A stretch of 53,811 nucleotides of DNA. Source: an uncultured archaeon. Its GTDB lineage: Archaea > Thermoplasmatota > Penumbrarchaeia > JASLWR01. A model generated the notes under the pieces. That model worked only from the letters and a program-made list of their open reading frames with translations, did no database searches and was not told where the DNA came from. Where the stretch lies: positions 1 through 53,811 of the forward strand of contig CAYSHM010000021.1 of NCBI GenBank assembly GCA_964430885.1, given 5' to 3'. The translations under genes and the position numbers were made by a program. Shown here in pieces: positions 38,286-49,700 of this stretch. Position 1 is the stretch's first letter, and every line of letters begins with the position of its first letter.

Positions 38286-39437
38286 TCAGCACTTCCTTAT
38301 GGAAATAAAATGTCTTACCAATGACCTATGCACTCTATGGGATACTGCAGATTGGATATTCATCGAATCAGGCAACAATTGCAGATATTCTAGTGAGGGG
38401 AGTATCAATGAAAACTTCCCTCCTTTTTTTAACACCTTTTCTATCTTATTAAAAGCTATCCTGAACAATTCCACCAGTTCCATACCGGTTGTGGTAGTTG
38501 ATCTAGCATATGGAGGGTCTGTGATCACAGCATCAATATCCTGATAGAATTCGGTTATTTCAGATATATCGCACACTTTCAGTGTGGGATTTGGCAAACC
38601 CAGGTATTCAAAATTTCTATATGCCCCCTCGATCATATCCGTATCAACATCGCTTCCAAGAGCTAACCCCCCAATCTGGGACACCTCGCTTAATGTTGAT
38701 CCCGTTCCGCAAAATGGATCTAGAACCTTATCACCCTTTTTGATCTCAGCCATATTGATAAGAACTCTTGAAAAAATGGGCGATAGACTGATGGGCTTTG
38801 TAAAGGGAAGATGTTTGCATTTTCTTAATAGTATCCGGCCTCGATTGGATTTTACCAGCGGAATACCCAAATAAATATTCCTGCTGAGGATGACATCAAT
38901 GGTTACATCCGGGGAATCGAGATTTATACTGCCGCCCCAATCCTTTATGGCCTGACCCAATTTATTCCTGAAAATAGCTTTGGAGATGTGACCAAAACCT
39001 TTACGTATTCTCTCGACCTCTATTTTGAAACTGCATTTGGATGATATCTGTTCCTGTATATAGAACCTGAATTGACTGCTATTGATCATTGCCTCTATTT
39101 GGCTGCCACCTATATCCTTAGAACCGCCTTTGATAAGGTCATTTTCACCTACAATTCTATGCTCCTTTAGATTATCAAGGTGGTCAATATCTTCAAGGGA
39201 CAGCAGGCTTCTGTAAATACCATACACCATTCCAGTCCTATTAATGATAATTTCTGGATGCACCCAATTGCCAATGGCCTTGATCAAGGTAATCTGGGGT
39301 GCGGTATATAACAGCTCATAAGAGAGTTCCAAAGCTCTGAGAGTACCCATGATCTCTTCAAAACCGAGAGAAATATTCTCACCGGAGGTGTGAAAAAAAA
39401 CCAGATCTCCTTCATGGATCATTTCCTTATCAGACAT
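38286..39437 (-). CDS. tRNA (guanine-10-N2)-methyltransferase, THUMP plus MTase (Trm11/TrmG10-like)
   Basis: THUMP-like INLDSPD, PFTKPISLSP, LDPFCGTG, TDPPYARS, HRVHRSLVR. Confidence 0.85.
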   Translation of the reverse strand: MSDKEMIHEGDLVFFHTSGENISLGFEEIMGTLRALELSYELLYTAPQITLIKAIGNWVHPEIIINRTGMVYGIYRSLLSLEDIDHLDNLKEHRIVGENDLIKGGSKDIGGSQIEAMINSSQFRFYIQEQISSKCSFKIEVERIRKGFGHISKAIFRNKLGQAIKDWGGSINLDSPDVTIDVILSRNIYLGIPLVKSNRGRILLRKCKHLPFTKPISLSPIFSRVLINMAEIKKGDKVLDPFCGTGSTLSEVSQIGGLALGSDVDTDMIEGAYRNFEYLGLPNPTLKVCDISEITEFYQDIDAVITDPPYARSTTTTGMELVELFRIAFNKIEKVLKKGGKFSLILPSLEYLQLLPDSMNIQSAVSHRVHRSLVRHFISIRKC

Positions 39438-39529
39438 TATTTAGCTCCCCTTTCCGCTACTCTAATTTAATGATAATAACGATCTTAGATTACCCTCATA
39501 CCGACAAAGAATCTAACATATATTTATTA

Positions 39530-39549
39530 TTATGAATCTCAATTCATAA
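39530..39549. promoter_or_regulatory. Palindromic candidate operator in a divergent promoter region
   Basis: TTATGAAT-CTCA-ATTCATAA perfect 8-bp inverted repeat. Confidence 0.4.
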
Positions 39550-39661
39550 ATCCAATCATCAAAAAACTATTGGAATTGCCGAAACCGCATCAATATCTCC
39601 GAAGTTGTTATAATGATGAGTTCAAATTACCAGAATTGATCAATAGTTACTGGGTGAGACA

Positions 39662-40825
39662 GTGAGCCAAAAGAAATTATTGCTGGACGGGTCAAAAATA
39701 CTGGTTGAAAGCTGTGTTAGAGCAGGAGCCGACATATATATTGGATACCCAATCACCCCCTCAAACTGGATATACCGCTATTCCCTGGAGCGATTTTCAT
39801 CCGCGATCGATGCTCCAGATGAGATCTCCGTTCTCCAATGGATGGCGGGAGTTTCTACTACTGGAAGGTTCCCGGTAACAGCTACTTCATTTCCTGGTTT
39901 CGCCCTGATGCTTGAATCAATCAACATGGCTTATATGATGGAACTTCCTATGCTCATAATACTTGCACAAAGATTGGGGCCGAGTACGGGTTCGGCCACT
40001 CAAGGTGCTCAGGGTGACCTATTATTGATGAGAGGGGCTATCTCCGGGGGTTTCTCACTTCCTGTGTTCTGCCCTTCGAATTTTGAAGACCTCTGGTACA
40101 CTACCTATAAAGCCGTAAACGCCGCTAGGAAGTATCGGAGTCCTGTAGTATTGTTGACATCCAAGGAAATGGTCATGACCCAAAGGACGATTGACATCTC
40201 ATCCTTCAAAGAAATGCCTATAATCAAAACTGGAACTCATAAATGTAAAAAGAAAAAAAACTGCCGATTTGAACCCTATGGGGAGCTGGAATTGGGAGGC
40301 AGGTCCCATGAAGAATTAAACGGAACCGATGATGAACATGTTCCGGCATTCCTCCCTGCAGGCAATCCAATACATCAGACCCGATTCAATGCATCGACCC
40401 ACGGGAAGGGTGGGCTTATACAGAAAGCAACGGCCGAGGCTATGGAGAATACCAAGAGGCTCGAAGTAAAAATCAGGGAGATGATGAAAGAAAATACCTC
40501 ATTCTGTTTTAAAGAGGGAAAATCAAAGGATAGATTGCTCGTAACCTATGGTGTGACCAGTTATGCTTGCCGGGATGCCCTTGAAGAGCTGGAGAGAAAA
40601 GGCATTAACGACGTATCCCTGCTAATTGTAAAAAGCCTTTTACCAGTTCCAGAGAATATTAAACAGATCATCCATGAACATGGAGCGGTTTATTTTGCAG
40701 AAGAAAACCATACCGGAGCGCTTAGACGCGTTTTATTCGGCGAAAATGATGATCCAAGGGTTCACGGAATAAATACAATAGGCAGGAGCATCAAGCCGGA
40801 AGACATTCTAAGGAGGTTGGGATAG
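39662..40825 (+). CDS. 2-oxoacid:ferredoxin oxidoreductase alpha subunit
   Basis: GYPITPS, DEIS, TATSFPGFALMLE, QRLGPSTG..QGD, TYGVT. Confidence 0.9.
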   Translation: MSQKKLLLDGSKILVESCVRAGADIYIGYPITPSNWIYRYSLERFSSAIDAPDEISVLQWMAGVSTTGRFPVTATSFPGFALMLESINMAYMMELPMLIILAQRLGPSTGSATQGAQGDLLLMRGAISGGFSLPVFCPSNFEDLWYTTYKAVNAARKYRSPVVLLTSKEMVMTQRTIDISSFKEMPIIKTGTHKCKKKKNCRFEPYGELELGGRSHEELNGTDDEHVPAFLPAGNPIHQTRFNASTHGKGGLIQKATAEAMENTKRLEVKIREMMKENTSFCFKEGKSKDRLLVTYGVTSYACRDALEELERKGINDVSLLIVKSLLPVPENIKQIIHEHGAVYFAEENHTGALRRVLFGENDDPRVHGINTIGRSIKPEDILRRLG

Positions 40826-40826
40826 T

Positions 40827-42164
40827 ATGAAATACCTCAACTCCTTAAGGTTTGCATACTGCAGGGGATGCGGTCACAACAGTGTGGCTGTCAATACTGC
40901 CCGGGCCCTGGAAAATTCGGGGTTCGATTCCCTGGACGTTATAACTGTCAGCGATATCGGCTGCTGCGGTCTTATTGACCGATATCTTACATGCCATACC
41001 GTTCATGGACTGCATGGTAGGGCCTGCGCATTGGCTTCAGGGATAAGGATAGGGCTACAGAATAAAGAACAGAAAAACAAGGTAATATTGGCCTTTCAGG
41101 GAGACGGGGGGGCAACAATCGGGTTGGCACATATATTGGAAGCAGCAAGAAGAAATATTAACATCACACTGATCGTGCAGAACAACATGGTATACGGAAT
41201 GACAGGGGGGCAGTGCAGCGGTCTATCTCCGGTCTGTATAAGAGAGAAGGCGATTAAAGGTGAATGTAACAGCAGACCCTACAACCTTGTGAAATTAGCT
41301 CATGATGCAGGAGCTACATATTCAAGAAGAATAACCGGAATAGGGAATTATTCGGAATACATTCAGGAAGCCTTATCTGCAGATGGATTTTCACTTCTGG
41401 AGATAATGGAGGTATGTCCTTCCTATGGAATGTCCACTTCAAATGATCTGAAGGAATTAGAATATCACTCGGATAAGAAGCTGGAAGAAGAATGGCCTCC
41501 ATTCCGATTAAGGAAAGAGAAAACTCAACCTTTATTCCATTTGATTCCGAAAGAAGACTGTAGAACTGTAGAGAGTACATCCCAAAGAAGCGGGGGCGCC
41601 TGCACAGATATTGGACAGAAAGAACGGTGGTCCGCGGTCATCTTTGGTTCTGCAGGGGAAGGAGTTCAATCAGCAACCGGTCTTATGGCAAGATCGGCCT
41701 TAGAATGCGGGCTTTGGGCAAGTAAAAAGGGGAGTTACCCGATAACGGTTGGCAGCGGTTTTTCAATAGGTGAGCTTATCATATCAAAGAAAGAGATTCT
41801 CTATGATGAGATCTCTCTGCCGGATATAGTGATCATTGCCTCAATTGATGGACTGAATGCATTTTCCAGAAGATTTCCATGGAAATATAGTGGACATATG
41901 ATCATTGAGAGGTCAGTTTGGGAAGAAAATAAATCGTCATTCCCGGATATAATTAATAAAATTCAGGTTTTGGTTAAAAACTTCAGGAAATCCAGCGGAG
42001 CAAAAGGTGCTGCTCTGAGTTCCCTGGTTCTATGGGCTGTCGGAAACAGCGTATTATCTGAAGAAGCCATCATTTCTTGTGCCTCTGAGTCAAAGTATCC
42101 TGATAAAATGATTATCTCTATCCAAAATGCTTTAGCAGAGTTGGAATTACCAATTCACCCTTAA
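40827..42164 (+). CDS. 2-oxoacid:ferredoxin oxidoreductase beta-gamma fusion
   Basis: YCRGCGH, DIGCCG, HGLHGR, GDGG, NNMVYGMTGGQ, CPSY, then gamma-like GSAGEGVQSA..YPITVGSGFS. Confidence 0.88.
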   Translation: MKYLNSLRFAYCRGCGHNSVAVNTARALENSGFDSLDVITVSDIGCCGLIDRYLTCHTVHGLHGRACALASGIRIGLQNKEQKNKVILAFQGDGGATIGLAHILEAARRNINITLIVQNNMVYGMTGGQCSGLSPVCIREKAIKGECNSRPYNLVKLAHDAGATYSRRITGIGNYSEYIQEALSADGFSLLEIMEVCPSYGMSTSNDLKELEYHSDKKLEEEWPPFRLRKEKTQPLFHLIPKEDCRTVESTSQRSGGACTDIGQKERWSAVIFGSAGEGVQSATGLMARSALECGLWASKKGSYPITVGSGFSIGELIISKKEILYDEISLPDIVIIASIDGLNAFSRRFPWKYSGHMIIERSVWEENKSSFPDIINKIQVLVKNFRKSSGAKGAALSSLVLWAVGNSVLSEEAIISCASESKYPDKMIISIQNALAELELPIHP

Positions 42165-42189
42165 AAGCGTTTAGAAATCTTTGGATAAT

Positions 42190-45100
42190 TCAGGTTCTTT
42201 TCTTCCGGTCAGAGCCGAAAATATCATCAAGAAGTCCTTCCAAATTCCTATCGGGTATCAATTCTTCAGGGGGCTCAGGTGCAGGTGGTTCTTCGGAAGG
42301 AGTTATGACTGGATCTGGAACTATCGGATCTGGAACGGCAGATTCTGGCGCACCGGATTCTATCGGCTGCAGAATGGGAAGATCTTCTGAATCATCAGGA
42401 ATATTTTCTGGCGAGGCAGCAGCATCCATAGATGACGGCGCCTCCAACCCCTCTTCTGGCGGGGGTGAAATATCATCAATTCCCGGAATAATCTCTTCAG
42501 AAGCTACTTCGGGTGATATCGGTACGAGAGCCACGGGATCAGGCATAGGTTCGAGTTCATCGGGGTCAGGTGCATCATCCGAAGGTGTGATCACTATCCG
42601 AGGTGCATCTCTAGAAATATCCGGTCCCGGTTCCGAGGTTGGAACTTCATCAATGTGATCCTGGGGAAGAGGCGCCTCAATAATTTCTTCAGGGATATCA
42701 GGATCTTCATGAGACTCAATAATCACCGGAGCTGGAGGTAATGCAGCTCTGGAAAGGTTTTGCTCCCCCTGGTCGGTATTGAACGTGGGTAGAGTATATG
42801 TCGGTGTAGAAGGTTCTTCGGGGATTGGATCTGAAGTCTGCTCATATTCCAGAGATGTGGCAACCTCATTTGTACTAGGTACGGCAGATTTTGGAGGCAG
42901 AGCTTTAAGGGCAGAACCACCAGTTCTGCCGTAACTAATGCTCTTTGGCAGAACGGCTTTGGAAACACTAGGGCTTGAGGTAGTAGTGTTTTGAGGTAGC
43001 ATAGAACCCGTTGATGAATAAATAGAAGCTGAATCGGCAGATTGGGGACCATAACCGCCTCCCGAGTGGGTCTGAGGATATTGATTCCGTGCCAAACCTC
43101 CGGATGGAGGTCTGTTGACAAAGGCTCTCTGCGGAGGCGCATATGTCTGGGGCTGTGAAAATGAATTTGATTGAGGTTGACTGTACCGGCCCTTCGAAAC
43201 CATGGCCGCGGGTTTAGATCTTACCGGTTGGACAGTATCCGGTTTTGTATCCTCCTGGCGTTTTCTGACCACGACTATAATGACCAATAACAGTATCAGA
43301 AGCAACAAAGCAAGATAGAGCCACCACATATCTTTCATATGGGAGGTGATCCCGCCTTCGTCTTTGGTTTCTTCAACAGGATCCTCAACTGGTTCTACGG
43401 GTTTCTCCTTGATCTTTGGAAGTACCCTGATATTAACTTTCTTGCTGTGGTTCTTTCCATGACCATCATCCGCATGGAGATAGACAACATAGTCACCAGG
43501 TTTGCTGATAGAAGAGTTAATCTTTTCCAGAGTTGAGGAGTAGACCTCCTGGCGCGAGGTTTTGTTTTTGATTAACCAGTAAAAACTCATCTCATCTTGT
43601 TCCGGATCCACTGTCCCGGTTGAATCCAGCAGGATACTGTTCCCGGCTCTGTACTCATCACCTGATTTCGGAGAAAGGATTTGTATTACCGGTCCTGAGT
43701 TGACCCATACCCTAAAGGATTCAGATTCAACCATTCCATTACCGATGACGTCTGCAGCTCTCCATTTTATATAGTTGTCCTTTCCGGCTTCAAATTCTAT
43801 ATCTAGTCTAACTATTATTGCAGTTGAGACCATTCTATTATTGATTGTATTCCACACGTTGAAGTGTTTAGGTTTATTCCCTTTAGAGGATATGGAATAT
43901 TCGATAGTATCTCCTCTTACTCCGCTGCCAGCATCCAAAATGGTAATTCCGCATCCCACTTCAAGATCGTTGGAGTAATCATCCTCATTGGGTATTGGAT
44001 CTGAAAAACTAACTGGAGACATATCCACCTGGACATTAGTTAATTTACTTATTACCGGTCCGTTCGTAGCCATGTCGGATACCTTCCACCTCAGGAGATT
44101 ATAGCCACCTTCATGATAATCAATGGTAACACTAGCTTCAATCCTCTCAGGATATCCATGACTGCCTTTGTCAAGTACCTTGATCTTGATGTTGTTCTTG
44201 ATCCAGGGGCTAAAGGTATCCGAATTGTTCTTCTTGTAGGAATAATGCAAGGTATCCATATCCAATCCGGAACCGTCAATATCGCTTATTATTATACTAG
44301 ACCTAATATTGCTTACCTTATACCAAATATCCTTATTGGGGTATCGATCTCCAAAATTAGGGGGGTTGGTGTCAATATTGAACTTGAAATGAGAGGTATT
44401 GCTCCACTGATCATATATGTCGGTAGCCAATATGTGGAAGTACCATGTCCCATCCTTCAAACCCGGAAATTCGCCTTCGGTTGTACTTACCTTATCTCCG
44501 CTGTTGGAATCTGATATGAACTTATATGGTTCAGACAGGGAACTCTCATCCACCATATAGGAATAGCCCTTTATACCACTGACCTCAAAGGGCGGTATCC
44601 AATTGAAAACCGGATCGGTGCTGTTATAATATAGATCGGGATCCGGATGGGTGGGTGAACTGACCAGGATGTCCTTCGGCCCTTTGAAATCTAAATAAAT
44701 CGTATCATTATAGATTAGAGATTCCAATCCTGCATGGTCCCTGAATTGCACTGTAATCAGCTTCAGGCCGTCAATAGGTTCTAGAGCTAGTTCTTTTTCA
44801 GTCTTGTAACCTTCCCAACCCTGGGCATTGCCCCTATCGTCAGTAATCTGCATCTCATTGATACCCGATCCGTTATCCTGAGCAAATATTGTCAGGGTAA
44901 TCAATTGATCATTAGTATCATTATTACCCCCATTAAGGGTAATATTCCCTACAGGCAGGGTTGTATCCAGCATTATTTTCTTGGGCACCGAATAATTGGA
45001 GAAGGCATGGTAAGAATCCGAAGTCCTTACTCTCCAGTAATATACCCCATCCTCTAGATCTTGTGTAACTGTGTGTTCCCATAGGGTTGAATTTACCCAT

Positions 45101-46581
45101 GAGGAATTGTAGACCTTGTTGGTCAGGTTCACATCATCAAATATCTCAACCAAAAAGTCAGACTGACCGTCAGCTTCGTCAGGATCGGTGAAGTTCCACT
45201 CCATTTTTGGTGTGTTTGTTAGCTGCCATATGGAACTTACCGGAAGGTAGGGCTCCGGATCGCTGATACGGGAATAATTTATTACTATCCGTTCTATAGA
45301 GGGTGTTTCACCAAGATCTTCCGCAATAAGTGTCGCGTTCCAAATAAGGCCGTCTCCTCTATGCTGTACTATATAGTTCTCATTCTGGGGTATTGTTTCC
45401 CAGGTTTTGCCGCCATCTAAAGATATGTTATAGATAATATTTGAATTACCAGGTGTGTCATCCTCCACTGAAAACCTAACTGAACCGATATAGGTCGGAA
45501 TGTCCATCAATTCCTTGGATTGAATATATCTAACTTTAGCATCGGGTTCTGCGGTTCCGCTGTAATAGCTGTTTCCGTTGGAGATCCGGTATCTGCATTG
45601 ATCATTGTCATTATCTGTAATACAGTATTCAACGCCCGTATATGCCATGTTATATATGTTCTCACAGGTATCCCAGTTTGTCTCATAGTGAAGCTGTTTA
45701 TTGTCAATATCGATACGGTAAACGTGGACCGCTCTCCAATCATATCGATTTGGATTGTAATAGGCATAACCGCCAATATAAAGCCGGTCATTGGCATATG
45801 CCAGTGCACCATAACACCTCTTTGTACTGGGAAGATTGAATAATATTTGGTTGAAGTTCCCATCAAGTGCGGGGTCTCCGGTATACTTATCCAAAACATA
45901 GACCCTGCTGTCCGACCATTTCATGCAGTAAACATATTCATTATCGCAGCAGACCGCTGCGGCAGTAGTCCCCATATGATAGGTCCAGAGACAGGTAGAC
46001 TGCCAGTTGTTAGGATTAATTGACCATTTTTTTATCGTGTTCCGACCCCAATGCGATGTGTAGAAGGTGCCATCAATATCCCCCCAGAGCTGCATGATGT
46101 TCTGTTCACCAAGATTGAATTGACCTAGCTGCTGACCGTTCCAGGCATGCCTATATACAGTATATCCTGACCATCCAGGATACCAGAACTGGTCAAAGGC
46201 CGGATGGTAGCCTCCTCCATGGGAATGGGTGTTCATATTTCGGTTTCCAACGTGTGAAGGAGAGCTGTGTGAGCTTGATTGATAGGATACCTCTCCGTTG
46301 AGCGGATTTATACCGACTGTTGTATTGGTATGATCAATATTGCCCAGAGTAGTGAAATCCTCCACAAAAGCTGAACCATATCGGGTAAGAGCGGCATTCT
46401 CAAATGAGGAATACTCAGATCCGATTCCAAAAGAGAATATTTCAGCTGAACTTGATACATCAGGGTTGTGCAGGGGATTAGAAAGATTGTTGAGATATCC
46501 TGCCAATAACATTGAAAAGCAAATCAGAAGGACACTGAACAAATATCTCAATGAAAAATCTTGCTCTACTGGTCTGAACAT
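42190..46581 (-). CDS. Large surface protein, paralog A (propeller-like N-domain, Ig/FN3/PKD-like domains, TM, long Pro/acidic tail)
   Basis: Signal/TM at N-terminus; NTHSHGGG domain; YYWRVRT FN3-like; TM WWLYLALLLLILLLVIIVVV followed by RKR. Confidence 0.85.
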   Translation of the reverse strand: MFRPVEQDFSLRYLFSVLLICFSMLLAGYLNNLSNPLHNPDVSSSAEIFSFGIGSEYSSFENAALTRYGSAFVEDFTTLGNIDHTNTTVGINPLNGEVSYQSSSHSSPSHVGNRNMNTHSHGGGYHPAFDQFWYPGWSGYTVYRHAWNGQQLGQFNLGEQNIMQLWGDIDGTFYTSHWGRNTIKKWSINPNNWQSTCLWTYHMGTTAAAVCCDNEYVYCMKWSDSRVYVLDKYTGDPALDGNFNQILFNLPSTKRCYGALAYANDRLYIGGYAYYNPNRYDWRAVHVYRIDIDNKQLHYETNWDTCENIYNMAYTGVEYCITDNDNDQCRYRISNGNSYYSGTAEPDAKVRYIQSKELMDIPTYIGSVRFSVEDDTPGNSNIIYNISLDGGKTWETIPQNENYIVQHRGDGLIWNATLIAEDLGETPSIERIVINYSRISDPEPYLPVSSIWQLTNTPKMEWNFTDPDEADGQSDFLVEIFDDVNLTNKVYNSSWVNSTLWEHTVTQDLEDGVYYWRVRTSDSYHAFSNYSVPKKIMLDTTLPVGNITLNGGNNDTNDQLITLTIFAQDNGSGINEMQITDDRGNAQGWEGYKTEKELALEPIDGLKLITVQFRDHAGLESLIYNDTIYLDFKGPKDILVSSPTHPDPDLYYNSTDPVFNWIPPFEVSGIKGYSYMVDESSLSEPYKFISDSNSGDKVSTTEGEFPGLKDGTWYFHILATDIYDQWSNTSHFKFNIDTNPPNFGDRYPNKDIWYKVSNIRSSIIISDIDGSGLDMDTLHYSYKKNNSDTFSPWIKNNIKIKVLDKGSHGYPERIEASVTIDYHEGGYNLLRWKVSDMATNGPVISKLTNVQVDMSPVSFSDPIPNEDDYSNDLEVGCGITILDAGSGVRGDTIEYSISSKGNKPKHFNVWNTINNRMVSTAIIVRLDIEFEAGKDNYIKWRAADVIGNGMVESESFRVWVNSGPVIQILSPKSGDEYRAGNSILLDSTGTVDPEQDEMSFYWLIKNKTSRQEVYSSTLEKINSSISKPGDYVVYLHADDGHGKNHSKKVNIRVLPKIKEKPVEPVEDPVEETKDEGGITSHMKDMWWLYLALLLLILLLVIIVVVRKRQEDTKPDTVQPVRSKPAAMVSKGRYSQPQSNSFSQPQTYAPPQRAFVNRPPSGGLARNQYPQTHSGGGYGPQSADSASIYSSTGSMLPQNTTTSSPSVSKAVLPKSISYGRTGGSALKALPPKSAVPSTNEVATSLEYEQTSDPIPEEPSTPTYTLPTFNTDQGEQNLSRAALPPAPVIIESHEDPDIPEEIIEAPLPQDHIDEVPTSEPGPDISRDAPRIVITPSDDAPDPDELEPMPDPVALVPISPEVASEEIIPGIDDISPPPEEGLEAPSSMDAAASPENIPDDSEDLPILQPIESGAPESAVPDPIVPDPVITPSEEPPAPEPPEELIPDRNLEGLLDDIFGSDRKKRT

Positions 46582-46670
46582 CCTCTTTTTTCCTCCATAA
46601 TTTACTGGTAACTATCCCATTATATGCAATAGTACATGAAAGACGATTTAAATCAAATAAATACCTTTTA

Positions 46671-46689
46671 TCAAATAAAGTTTATTTGA
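46671..46689. promoter_or_regulatory. Palindromic candidate operator upstream of paralog A
   Basis: TCAAATAAA-G-TTTATTTGA perfect 9-bp inverted repeat; extra half-site at 46653-46661. Confidence 0.45.
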
Positions 46690-46796
46690 CTTTTGGTTCC
46701 CTTATCTATCTTTCCAAAAAAAATCCGCACTAATTTACCATTTCCGTTCAATTGAAGAGTATTGGCATTTTAATAGGTGATCGATGTTGAAACTCC

Positions 46797-49700
46797 CTAA
46801 TTATCAGGTGGTGCTGGTGGGAGAGCCACCAAATTGAGGTTCTGTTTTCCCTCATCCGTGTTGAAGGTGGGCAGTGTATAGGTTGGCTCTGAACCTGGCG
46901 GACCCGGAGGAGGGGGGGGTGAATTACTACTATCAGATGAAGGAGGGGGAGGTAGGGCCTTTACATCCTGGTTAATGTGGCCTCCGCCTAGTGAAAAACT
47001 ATCTGCTGATGCCAGGGGTTGAGGGGATATCTCTGGATCCACACCCAAAAACTTGGGATTTGCAGCCTCACCAGAAGAAGAATGATCCATTTGACCTCCC
47101 TGGTAGGACCCACCATATTGACTTCCTTCATACGGGTCCTGTTGAGATCCATACATAGAATAGGACTGTGGTGCAAAATAATCTGAAGTCGGACTGGAAT
47201 AACGACCGCCTTTGTAGAGATCCTGTGATGCTGGTTTCTGCTTCTTCTTTCGCCTTTCCTCCTCCTCTGCTTTCTGCCTCTTATTGTTCACTATGAACAT
47301 GACTAGTATCATGAATATCATGAAAATTCCCAACATAACTACCAATATCCACCACTTCTCCTTTAAGAAGGCCGAAACTCCATTCTCTTCAACAGCCGTT
47401 TCTATATCGTCATCGTCTCTATTATTTATGTCATCCTTCTCCAGAACAACACTTATCTGGATCCTGGAGCTCTCATTGAACCCATGTCCATCATTTACGT
47501 AGAGATATACAAAATAATCCCCTATTAGCGATAGGGATAGTCTATCTATAGACCCGCTTGCTTCATGTATTATTCTCTTCGTAGTACTGTTCTTGATCTG
47601 CCAGAAGAAACTGAGCTCATCATCCTCATTATCAACAGAACCAATGGAATCAAGGGTGAATTCCTGATCTACTTCCACGATGAGAGGAGAATGAATATTG
47701 GGTATGGGAGCTGAATTGACCCAGACCGGAATGGGGTCGGATACCGAGTGTGCATTTCTGACCGAATCCCGGGCCCTCCAACGGATATAGTTATTCCGGC
47801 CGGGTTTGAAATCGATATTGATCGATATCTCCATCTGCTCTTTGACACCGCCATATCCCAGTGAGGTCCAATTTTCCAGCTGCCCTTCTTCCTTTCCGAT
47901 GTAGGATACCGCATACTGAAGGGATCCCCCGTCAACTCCGCTGCCCAGATCGGTGACGGTAATTCCGCAATCAACGCTTTCTTCATTGCTGTAGGCATCC
48001 GCCAAAGGGAATTGGTCGCTGAAAGAAGGGGGGGTGAGATCCACTTTGACCCTGCATTCCTCACCAATAATGGGCCCATTGCCTGCCAGATCCCTAATCC
48101 TCCATCTGATTATGTTATCCTCACCCTCCTGAAATCTCAGAGTTGCAGAAGCCTTGACTTGTACTGGGTTATTCTGTATTCCATTCTTCAACACCTCAAC
48201 TTCGATTTCCGAGGAACTCCATGAAGAAAAGACTGTATCATTGTTTCTCATATATGAGTATTCAATGGTATCCAGATCGAGCCCATAACCTGCCTTATCC
48301 TCAAAGATAATATAACATTCCACATCCTCGGACTTGAACCAATCACTGCTAGTGGGATGGCTCAATATGGACATAGGGTCAGTTGAATCGATATTGAACT
48401 GGTAATGTGAAGTATTGCTCCATTGATCATATACATCTATGGTAGCGATATGGAAGAACCATACACCGTCGGTAAAGCCGGTGAATTCCCCCGGCATTGT
48501 TTCATTGACTGTACCGCTGAGGTCTTCCTCAGGATCCTTGTTAGGTTCTGTGGTAGGGGCTTCGTCTATCAGGTATGAATAGCCCTTGATACCTGTGATC
48601 TCATAGGGCGGTTCCCAAATAAAAACAGGCGCAGTACTGTTGTAATAGATCAACTGGTCGGGATGTGTGGGTGACGTTATGTTTATATCGCCCGGGCCTC
48701 GGTAATCCAAATATATGGAATCGTTATATACATCCGATACAATACCTGCTCGATCCCTGAACCGAACACCCACGGTTTTTAGACCGTCTGTGGGGGATAA
48801 TGCTATCCTCTTTTCTGTTTTGAAGGGTTCCCACTGCTGGGCGATTCCCTGATCGTTGATCAGCTGCATATCCTTTACCTTTGATGCGTTATCAAAGGCC
48901 TCAATGCTGATATAAACAAGTTGAGAGTTAACACTAGTCACATTTTCTTCTATAGTTATGTTCCCTACCGGTTTTGTGATATCAATCTTGAAACTCTTCA
49001 ATACAGACCAATTACTGGCAGCATGGAAGGCATCCTTCGTTCTGACCCGCCAATAATAATATCCGTCATCCAGATCCTGTCCCATTTGATGCTCTTCCTC
49101 AGTGGTATTAACCCATGTGGAATTATAGACCATATTCTCCATAACCGTATCCCTGTATATCTCCAGCAGATAGTCGGATTGATGGTCGAACCGATCGGGA
49201 TCTGTGAAATTCCATGTGATCTTCGGTCTGGATGTCCCTAACCAAAGGTCAGACCGGGGTAAATTGTTCTCAGGAGGTTTCACATAGTCATAATCGATCA
49301 CCATCTTGTCCAAGTAGGGACTGATATCCTTGTCATCGGTCTTCAAGGTGATATTCCATCTCATAGGGGAACCCTGATGTTCAAAGACATGGTTTGTATT
49401 GTTCTCCATTGTAACCCAATGTCTTCCGTCAACAGTTAGATTATAGATTATGTCGGTGCCTGGAGGGGTTAGTTCATACCACCTCATCCTGGCAGCCCCT
49501 ATCGTATGGGTGCTTCTATGGACTATCTTGGATTGGGCATGTGTGATATTGGTAGGGGCTTCAACATCCTCACCCAGATATGCGTTGCCGTCGGATATTT
49601 TGTAGCGGTGGACCGTATTACTGTTCTGGGAGGGGCAATAATATTCCCCGTCAAAGGCCATATTGTAGATATTGCAGGCTACCTGGAAGGTCCCCACAAA

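Noticed and set aside
39610-39660. C/D-box sRNA starting at ATGATGA
   Set aside because: No matching CTGA box D at a suitable distance; the same applies to the ATGATGA before radA
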